In this document: positions 55,392 to 64,000 of the stretch, piece by piece
Layout of the letters: every line of letters starts with the position of its first letter
How positions within the stretch are numbered: the first letter of the stretch is position 1
From: Octopus sinensis
Taxonomy: Eukaryota
Reading direction: 5' to 3'
Assembly: GCF_006345805.1 (NCBI RefSeq)
Contig: NC_043008.1
Span: 24,304,001 to 24,368,000, forward strand
DNA length: 64,000 nt
Notes under the pieces: generated by a model
Told to the model about the DNA's origin: nothing
What the model saw: only the letters and a program-made list of their open reading frames with translations
The model's database searches: none
Made by a program: the position numbers and the translations under genes

Positions 55392-55480
55392 GAAGAAGAA
55401 GAAGAAGAAGAAGAACAACAACAACAACAACTTAGGAATGAGCACTCATGTTCGAAATATCCGTCAAATGTAAATGATGT
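54963..55480. mobile_element. 5'-truncated PLE: inverted pseudo-LTR (54963-55110, minus), EN C-terminus (55111-55272, plus), pseudo-LTR with tRNA-like head (55292-55475, plus)
   Basis: KVKIIDRDDHWKIRKLKEAAQILGYNNLLSRP...SIWEPVL...* (GIY-YIG C-terminal RxxKEAxxI); shared cttaggaat...gttc.aaat and tccgtcaaatgtaaat in inverted copies. Confidence 0.8.
55007..55048 (-). ncRNA. Minimal type I hammerhead motif with one core substitution (GAAA to GAGA)
   Basis: cac-CTGATGA-A-GGCT-agagaatatatc-AGCC-GAGA-CGT-T-gtg: 3-bp stem I, 4-bp stem II, palindromic ACGU stem III. Confidence 0.7.
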
Positions 55481-55722
55481 ACATAATTCCTTTAGAACTG
55501 TATTATGTTCACAAAAACATTTCTTCAGAATCTGATCCCAAAAGGGCAAAGATATAGAAGAAACTTGAGTCACTTGTGTTGTAAACCCTGTCAGTCAGAG
55601 CTGGTCTTAAAAGTCATTTGAGGGCTCAACGGAAGGATTGTGCTGTGTGATGGGGTATGGTCTGTGTGCTGATGAGACACCTATCATCTACCACGATGAA
55701 GCAATCACCATCTATATAGGCA

Positions 55723-56131
55723 CAGGCGTGTGGTAGGAAGCTTTCTTACCAATCGCATAGTTACAGGTTCAGTTCCACTGCATGGCACCTTGGGCAAGTG
55801 TCTTTTACCTGGCATTAATTAATGTATCACCAGCAGCAAAAACTGAACTGTCAATTCCGAATTTTAATTCTACGGGGATGCAGAATACTTGCTGCACTAG
55901 ATCTTTTGATTGTAATAAGGATAAAAATGAATGTAACTATATCACCGTTACTCTTTCTTGACCCGTATTGTTATTTAATTCTGTCACTCTAAATTGTAGT
56001 AGGCTTTAAGTATTTGTTCCCAAAGTTCCTTCTGCTACGGTAATAGCAATAAGCAATGTAATTCTTTTATTCTTTAGTTCTGATGAAAAATTTGCTAAAA
56101 AATATAATGGAGTATCCTGAAAGAATCCCGT

Positions 56132-56197
<66 letters not shown>

Positions 56198-56325
56198 TAT
56201 GTATTTGTGTGTCTTTGTTCGTCTCCCCACCATCACTTGACAACCGACGTTGGTGTATTTACGTCCCCGTAACATGCGGTGCTCCAGCATGGCCGCAGTC
56301 AAATGACTGAAACTAGTAAAAGAGT
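55723..56325 (+). mobile_element. tRNA-SINE family B, head (55723-55810) and body (about 56190-56325) separated by other sequence
   Basis: ggttcagttccactgcatggcaccttgggcaagtgtctt; ccaccatcacttgacaaccgacgttggtgtatttacgtccccgtaac...gctccagcatggccgcagtcaaatgactgaaac. Confidence 0.8.
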
Positions 56326-56364
56326 ATGCATGTATATTATATGCATATATATATATCCATATCA

Positions 56365-56615
56365 AGCAAAAAAGGATCAAAGGTATTTCCAAAGTCATAA
56401 ACCCATAAGGCAGGTTTCCCGGATTCTTTATCGTAAATATTTCTCTCCAAACTGGACGGGACGCAGGGTTATTCCTTTTTGCCATCTGAATGGATTAGAG
56501 CAACGTTGAAATGAAGTGTTTTATTCAAGAACACAACGCATAACTCGGCATTGGAATTGAAACCACACACTAGCGATCATGCATGCGAGACCGTTAGCGA
56601 CTAACGCGCGCATGT
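56365..56615 (-). mobile_element. tRNA-SINE family C
   Basis: Reverse reads gttagtcgctaacggtc...gtggtttcaattcc...gttgtgttcttgaataaaacacttcatttca...ccctgcgtcccgtccag (V-domain-like). Confidence 0.55.
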
Positions 56616-56894
56616 ACAAATATATATATATAAAGAGGGAGAGGGAGAGAGAGAAAGGGAGAGAGAAAGATAGACAGAAAGAGGGACAGATATACAGATA
56701 GACACACATAAACATACAAATGCATGGTTCTTCCTCTTCCTGCTCTTCCTTATTCAGCTGAATGTTTTGTATTTCTTTAAAATTATCTTTCTTTCTGCAA
56801 TAGTCATTTGAGCACATTTGTTTCGAATTTTTGCAGTTTCATAAATTTCAGTTTCCTTCAACCCCTATCGTCAGCTGTCGTTGTCGTTAATAAT

Positions 56895-57330
56895 GTCCCC
56901 CTCCTCCTCCCTCCCCTCCCTCCCCTTCCTCTTTCCCTCCTCCTCTACCTCCACCTCCACGTCCTCTACCTCCACCTCCTCGTCCTCTACTTCCACCTCC
57001 TCCTCCCCTTCTACTTCCACCTCCTCCTCCCCTTCTACTTCCACCTCCTCCTCATCCTCCTCTACTTCCACCACCCCTTCTCCTCCTCCACCTCACTCAT
57101 CTTTCACTTCCTCCTCTTCCATCCCCTGCTCCTTTTCTCCTCTTCCCCTGCCTCCCCTCACACCCTCTCCTCTTCTCCTCTCCTCTTCTCCTCTCCTTTC
57201 CTCCCCTCTTCCTCTACTGCCCTTCTTCCTCCTCCTCCTGTCATTTCCCACCCCAATCTTTTCCTCCCCTTATCCCTTCCTCTCTTCTTCTTCCATCTCC
57301 TCCTCATCCTCCTCACCACAAACGTCACCA
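56895..57330 (+). repeat. Polypyrimidine (CCT/CTC)-rich low-complexity tract
   Basis: Direct reading. Confidence 0.9.
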
Positions 57331-59517
57331 GCAATTGAATTAGTACCCACGTAGTCTTCTTGATTCCATTTATAGATAATTTATATTAAATTGCTTTTAA
57401 TTTTTGCTTGTAGCTAAGGCTTTTTGTATGTTAGAAGTCTGCGTGTTAACTGGAAATAGAAACAATTTGATATGATCGTGTTACTTATCAGGAAATACGT
57501 TTTTTTTTATAATACAAAGTATATTAAAGGAAAAATAATTCAAAATATATACTAAATGACTGGAGCATTTACCAACAAGTAAGTAAATAATCTCATTGAA
57601 TATATTGATGTGATAGGATCTTAACCACCTTGCTTCAGCAGAATGTACCATTCATGACCTCTTCATACAGTTCGGCTCATCTCAATGCGCCTAAGTCTAG
57701 TTGGTCCCATGTATCTTGACATATGTAGACAGGTATTTTTTAGAAGATAAACTGATTGTTATGAATGTGGTAATTAAAGGTAAAAATAAGAGTAAAAAAT
57801 AGGGCATACTAATGTATATAGTATATAGATAAAATACCAACTAAAAACATTTTAGTAATGAAAAAAGGCGTGCAGATAAATTTTTTCGCAAATTATAGTG
57901 TGGCTTGCATGCGTTGCTTACCCATGCTTTTTAATTGAACTGAATTAAGCTTTGTGCTTGGCTATAAGAGGATTAAAAACCTAAATAGATGACAACTAAA
58001 AGTAGACCTGATCGCATATGAGTAAAATTTGCATAAGACAAAATAAATGATTAATCAAATAACAATCATGATTATGAAAAATAAAGTGAATAAAATGAAA
58101 TACTTATAGAAAATATGGCATAGAATTCAAGAAGTGTTTTCAACGACTTTCAATAATGACAGACGAATCAAACGTTCGTTGTAGGACATAAATAATATGG
58201 CAACTTGCCTATCGGAAAATTTGTAAGTTCAATTTTCAAAAAAGTTTAATTTATTTTCTTAGTATCACTAATATAGGTATTTATACTCCGGTGAAATTAA
58301 GAAATCAACTCTTGAGACTCAGTCTCAACTCATGGCACGCCACTTCATCCTTCGAGGATATCCCTTCATTACTATCCACACTGCCCTTGCCAGGGCATGT
58401 TTTGTGGACCGTGCTTCTGCTCTTTCTCTCCGCCCCCCGTTGCCTGTCTCCCGTTTCCCCTCACCGTACCATTCTACAAGCCTTCCGGCGATTCCAGTCC
58501 GACCCCTGAATCTCACACATCTTCCCCAAGGTACCCTGTCCCTCCTTCAAATGAGCCCACAATCTGCGTGACCTCCTGGTCCACAGTTTCTTCCCTAATC
58601 CCACCTCCCTGCCTGGCTCCTTCCCCTACTCTCGCCTACGCTGCCGTAGTTGCCCCTACCTCTCCCACACCACCATTCTCACATGCACCCATCATCGTCA
58701 CTATCATATCATCAACTCCTTTACCTGCACTTCTAGTAAGGTCATTTACTCCATCTCCTGCTCTTTCTGCCCTTCCCTGTACATCGCACAAACGGGATGG
58801 TACTTGGCTGACCGGTTCGCGGAGCACCTTCGAGACATTCACTATAACACCTGTCTTTGTTTGGGCTGTCTTTGCACAGGCGCCATCCGGATTCCCGCCT
58901 TCACTGTGAACAGGAATTAATCTTCTCTCTTCGCTCTTTTGCTCTACATGGGTTCAACTCCCCTCCTCTCTTCATCTGACACCTACTTCTACTCTTCACT
59001 CCTACGCATTTCCTTTCTTCATTGATAACACGCTCTATCTCACACCCCGCCCCTACTCCCATACCCACATACACCACACTACACCACACCATCCCACACC
59101 AATCTCTGTCCACACCCCACCCCACGCCATACCCTACCCCAACACACTGCACCACCCCCACTCCACTCCACACACATTGGCATTGATCACTTCCCAGCAC
59201 CCACACTATCATGCACGCAACCACACACAATCTTCAATAGCATCACCACACATTCCACTATATGAGCAGCCACGTTACAGACGCATACACTTACACACGT
59301 ACACACTCACACAAGTCAATGTCACAAGCCCATATTTTCACACACATGCACACACACACACACACACACACACAGTTACATATTCACACACACAATTCTC
59401 ATATACACACACGCGCCCACACCTTCATTTGGGATCCCTAACACTTTATTATCTCCCTTTCTTTCAACCACTTTCAAACTTTTTTCTAATCATTCACGTG
59501 CTTGACAACTAAATCTA

Positions 59518-60330
59518 TTGGGTTGGCAACTAAGTTCCCGCGGTTTTTTAAAATTTAATTTTTTTAAAAGGTTTAATAAAAATAACAACTAATAAATCAA
59601 TAATGTATTCACTCTTGTTGTTGACAACTTTTCCCAACGTTCAACAAGATTTTCAATACCTCGTTGGTAGAAATCACCCGATTTCGACTCATAAAATTGA
59701 TCCAACCAAGCAATCAATTCTGCATCAGTATTGAATGAAACTCCGCGCATAGCATTTGAAAGAGATCGAACGAGGTGGAAATCCGTTGGTACTAAGTCAG
59801 GAGAGTATGGCGGGTGTGGCAGTACATCCCAGCCATGAATTTGAATGGCTTTCTTGGTAATATTGTCAATACGAGGGCGGGCGTTGTCGTGCAACATAAG
59901 AACTCCATGCTGCCTTTTCTCTTGAACAGCCGTGTTGAGTCGTTCCATCTGTTGAACATAGCGTTCCGCTTTGACCATTTGGTTCCGTTCAAGCAATTCG
60001 TAATGAATAATCCCTTCCAAGTCCCATCATACGTACAACATCGTTTTACGCGGATGAAGATCTTGAACTTGGCATACCAATCACGAGCGGTTCTTTCAGC
60101 TATGGCACCCTCTCCATACACAGCATAAATATCGTGAGCAGCTTTTGCGATCTTAGAACCTTGATTAAAAGCAAAAAGGAGGAGGTGTCGAAATGAAATT
60201 AACTAGTAAAAAAAAAAAAGATTCCAAAATGATTCAAAAATAGTATTCTCGAAAAAATAAATTCCAAAATTGAAAAGCGCAATAAATTCCAAAATTTAAA
60301 AAAACGGCGGTGGCTTAGTTGCCAACGCAA
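59518..60330 (-). mobile_element. Internally deleted mariner (DD34D) with TIRs and TA target duplication
   Basis: TA-ttgggttggcaactaagttcccgcggtttttt ... aaaaaacggcggtggcttagttgccaacgcaa-TA; HDNARP..34 aa..YSPDLVPTD; N-terminal HFRHLLLFAF..ERTARDWYAKFK fused directly to HPRKTML. Confidence 0.95.
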
Positions 60331-60381
60331 TACAAGTTCCTTTTTATTCTCTCTCTCTCTCTGTTTATTTTTTCTTATTCC

Positions 60382-60415
60382 TTTCTGTTGAAGAGCGTAG
60401 GCTCGAAACGTAAAA
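60382..60415 (+). ncRNA. Minimal hammerhead-like motif with U at core position 6
   Basis: ttt-CTGTTGA-A-GAGC-gtag-GCTC-GAAA-CGT-A-aaa. Confidence 0.6.
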
Positions 60416-60539
60416 AAGAGTCAGACTAATACACCTGTATTGAGGAACGTCAAACTTTTACACCTGCTTGTTGTTCATACACCTGTTTTTGTCCTTTGTT
60501 TTTCGATAAATTTCAACTATATATATATATATAATTACA

Positions 60540-60835
60540 AATTTGGGAATTAACCAACAGAATCGCAACTCCTATTTCAGGATAACCTTATTGTATGGAA
60601 TACACATAGAAATTTACATTCAATAGCATAATATAAGGAATTAAAACACCTACTACAAAATACAATAAAATCAGTTGAAAAAATATATAACTTACCTGTC
60701 TGTGCGGAATGAAGGTATTTCTAATCAACGCTACACGTATTTCTGCACTGATGTGATGTGTATCAAGGCTATACCTAATACATAAATCCACTACTGCCTC
60801 CTCAGGCTATTCAGTCTTATTGTTATCATTAACGG
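60540..60835 (-). mobile_element. Pseudo-LTR of another PLE family with a decayed hammerhead and a splice donor
   Basis: CTGAGGA(60805)-GGCA...TGCA-GAAA(60743)-TACGTGT-A; CAG|GTAAGT at 60696/60695. Confidence 0.5.
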
Positions 60836-61139
60836 GTCAAAGTTAAAAATACATATTAAAAGTCATATTAAATATAAAAAAAGTAAGAATAAGAATAAAA
60901 ATATAATAAAAATATATAAATTACAAATATATTTAAAAAAGTTAAACACCTTAATTACTATTCCGATATATATAGAAATCATCAACAACTAAGGAAATCA
61001 TCAACGACTAAATTATAAACACATCAAATCCTACAACCTATCTAAATAATTTAGTGTAAGATTTACCCCTATTTATACAAATATAAATAACCATTTTTTA
61101 CGTTAAACGTAAGTTAATAGTGTTTAAAGAAATTATTTA

Positions 61140-61750
61140 GTATGTTAGTATGTTAGTTCGCCGCCGGATGTAGCATCGATGAGCATGACACTGGTATTTT
61201 TTGTTGTCATACCAAGTGTTGGTCTTATCTATATTATTAGTTTTGGTCCTTTCTGTGCTATTCCAGGATTTACTCCAGTGCAGCGGGCAGATCTCTTTAG
61301 CATCACTCTCTATAATGGATTTATACTTAATCCTGGCACCTTTGTACAGTCTAATCCTGAACTTTTGATTGTAGCCAGAGAATTGCATGCAGTGGATGAA
61401 GTGTTGTATATGTCTTCCAGCTCCATAGAGTCGCACACGTGAGACCCATTCCTCATCACTCTCATCAAGTCAGCTATAAAACTGTTGAACTTGGCGCTTT
61501 CCACAATAGCTGTGTTCTTGTGAACAAGGTACTTAGAGACCATGGGTTTGGAATAACGAGAGTGAAGGTTCTGTACCCTACTGTTCTTCGTTTCTAGCCA
61601 GAGTTCTGTGTGTAAAACGGGTAATCTATAGTTTGGGTACTTACTAGGGTAAGTATCGTTATTTCATTATACTGAAGGAGGGATTTAGCTATTTGTTAGA
61701 TGCTCTCTATAGTATTAGCTTCAAGATCTTCAACACTGGTAGGGGTGCTT
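61140..61750 (-). pseudogene. PLE RT thumb and linker remnant
   Basis: DTYPSK..RLPVLHTELW...YSKPMVSKYLV..TA...DLMRVMRN, then MQFSGYNQKFRIRLYKGA...PLHWSKSW...NTWY. Confidence 0.7.
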
Positions 61751-61849
61751 TGGCTACTATGTTAATATTAAGTATATTTATACTTCATTGTTAATCATCT
61801 GAACATTTTTAATCTGTCTTCTCTTTTTACATGTATTTATGTATGTATA

Positions 61850-62450
61850 TATTTTGTACATTGAAGCCCAAGGTTTTTATCTGTTTACTTGAATCCTTGT
61901 CTCCATATCTGCTCACTTGGATTCCCCTTATAGCCATTCTTTGCCCATCTAGTTTGGTCCTCAGTAAAGATATCGAAGTGCAAGTTCAAATTGAGGCTCT
62001 TCACCTTTACTGCTACTGAAGTCGTCATCGTCATTGCTACTTCTGACCCAGAAGAACTCAAGTTTGTCTTCAAGGTTTCCTGGTGGTGATGAAGACTGGA
62101 ACGTCTGGACCATGAGCAAAAGGTCTCAATGCAGATGGGACATTTGAATAAACAATGTTTTCCCACTCTTCGAATGTTTTTCCTCCACGTAACATGAACA
62201 AATGTAGCTGTCATCATTATGATTTTTTAGACTCATTCCATTGAATGAACCTCAAAATGTTTTGTCCATTTTGTTGATTGCCTTAGTTATTGAGCACAAA
62301 TTGCTCTATTTTTCGGTTGCCCTACTCCCTTTGCTGCTGTGCTTTGCTGTCACTTATTCCGTTTTAGTAGCATAATCTTTTGGATGACCTATATTCAATT
62401 GAAAAATTCTTATGTGTAAACAAATATCGCAGTATGTATGGTGTATTATT
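61850..62450 (-). pseudogene. Chapaev3-like (CMC superfamily) transposase N-terminal remnant
   Basis: CAQ*LRQ..., WNESKNHNDDSYIC (cf. WREPxNHxDDCYFC), PPGNLED, acidic run, EEPQ in the expected order. Confidence 0.55.
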
Positions 62451-63639
62451 GTATTGAAACCAACATGTTAAACGAATTCAATATATTATCTAACAATAAT
62501 CACAAATCATCATAAGCACAAACGATAACTGAAAGCTTTCATTATTCAAAGGACCATGATTTACACTGGTGTATAACGGAATGAAACTTGAAGTGCACAG
62601 TTTCTACGTAATTTTGATATGATAAACAAATACAGAGAAAAAGAATTCATAAATAATCTGAAGATATATCAAAGAACACTTAGTAATTGCTTATTTTTAT
62701 GAAAATTGTACAGAGGCTGTAGAGTGAGAGAGAAAGAGAACGAGAGTGCGTTGCAATAAAATAAAGTAAAAGTAACTGAGTATTGGAATAAGAGCGAAAA
62801 AATATTAAATAAAAGGGAAAAAAAACAAATGCTGAGGATAAGTGTGAGTGAGGAAAAGTTACAAAGAGAAAGTGAAACACTAATAGGAATGGGGCAGCTA
62901 AGTAATGTGAGATGCTGTAAACACAGGGAAAGAGAAGAACGGAGAGAGGGAGATGGGGAGTTGTCGCAAGAAAAAGGATAGAAATGAAGGAGTAAAGATA
63001 TTGAAAAAGGCTGACAATACCACAGTGGCTCATGATTAGTTGGCTGATACAATCGTGCAATTGAAACTTTCAGTACTGAAAAAAACTAGAAAGCAAAGTT
63101 TTGATGAAAATATATTACATTTGGAATTTTAAAAACTTTTCTTTACAGGGTGGACTTTAATAATGACTTTCTTTTAGGAATGGTTACACGCAAGTAAGTA
63201 ATTAATAAGCACCTGTCTTTATGAAATAATATGCAGGCGTATTATTTAACTTCTGGTTTACATTATTGTTAAGATTATACATGCAATTCTAAGATTATTA
63301 GTTATATAAGATTATTCTAAGATTATTAGTTATATACGATAATATGACTAATTGCCTGTTAAAAATCTCGTGGTATTTGTTAGATTTTGGAAAATACTTA
63401 TCTAATGCAGAAAAGAATTCCCTAGCAATCTTGGATGATATTTGTGATTCGAAGATTGGATTATATCACAAGACACTAGAATTTTTTATACTCATTGTCC
63501 GGTTTATGATTACGAGTATAAATTGTGGAAGGGTCATTGCCTAAAAGATTACAGTTATATATATATTAGACCTGTTTCAACTTATAATTTTATTTGGGCC
63601 GTTTTCCCTCTTTCTTACTTCGAGATTACTATTTCCCTC

Positions 63640-63920
63640 TGTTAAACGTTGGGCAAGTGTCTTCTACTATAGCCTCGGGCCGACCAAAGCCTTGTGAGTG
63701 GATTTGGTATATGTTTGTGTGTCTGTGTTTGTTCCCCAACATCGCTTGACAACCGATGCTGGTGTGTTTATGTCCCGTAACTTAGTGGCTCGGCAAAAGA
63801 GACCGATAGCATAAGTACTAGGCTTACAAAGAATAAGTTCTGGAGTCACTTTGTTCGACTAAAGGCGGTGCTCCAGCATGGCCGCAATCAAATGACTGAA
63901 ACAAATAAAAGAGTAAAAGA
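63640..63920 (+). mobile_element. tRNA-SINE family B, 5'-truncated, otherwise well preserved
   Basis: ttgggcaagtgtcttctactatagcctcgggccgaccaaagccttgtgagtggatttggta...ataagtactaggcttacaaagaataag...ctccagcatggccgcaatcaaatgactgaaacaaataaaagagtaaaagag. Confidence 0.9.
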
Positions 63921-64000
63921 GTATACTTGATTTTCTCTAGATAATACTGCATTGTAATAGTGCGCATATGAGTTAAATATTGTTTTATTAGCCCAAAGTA

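Larger units (their letters stand above)
58290..60520 (+). mobile_element. PLE (Cys-linker type) C-terminal ORF and pseudo-LTR, split by a mariner insertion
   Basis: MARHFILRGYP..IHTALARA, AHNLRDLLVHS, RCRSCPY, FTCTSSKVIYSISCSFC..LYIAQTG..LADRFAEHLRDI, CEQELIFSLRSF; pseudo-LTR resumes at 60333. Confidence 0.85.

Noticed and set aside
61885-62217. C2H2 zinc finger (FKCPICIETF...LHHH) in the ORF track
   Set aside because: Spacing is wrong for C2H2, and an alternative frame matches the Chapaev3-like transposase better.

Overview
AT-rich, microsatellite-dense eukaryotic DNA made almost entirely of transposable-element debris. The tRNA-derived SINE families present point to an octopod cephalopod (Octopus sp.); this is inferred from recalled repeat families, not from a search. 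I found no supportable host protein-coding gene, rRNA, true tRNA or CRISPR array. Contents: a near full-length Dong/R4-type RLE LINE inserted in (AAT)n (16.8-20.7 kb) plus three further Dong/R4 pieces; two Hero-type RLE LINE 3' ends; the 5' two-thirds of a Tx1/L1 LINE; many Penelope-like element (PLE) fragments from several families; Helitron pieces (PIF1 helicase and a composite non-autonomous element); Sola, Chapaev3-like and mariner DNA transposon remnants; three tRNA-SINE families; a 1.7-kb tandem duplication; and a 610-bp near-perfect palindrome. The most interesting signal is RNA-level: a set of PLE-associated hammerhead ribozyme motifs. One inversion junction falls within 2 nt of the predicted ribozyme cleavage site (37.2 kb). 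One PLE family shows a shared non-canonical CUGU-N-GA core in two copies (38.3 and 60.4 kb). One PLE pseudo-LTR starts with a tRNA-like head upstream of the hammerhead (55 kb). All family assignments come from motif recognition by eye, and element boundaries are approximate (about +/-20 nt) unless termini are quoted.
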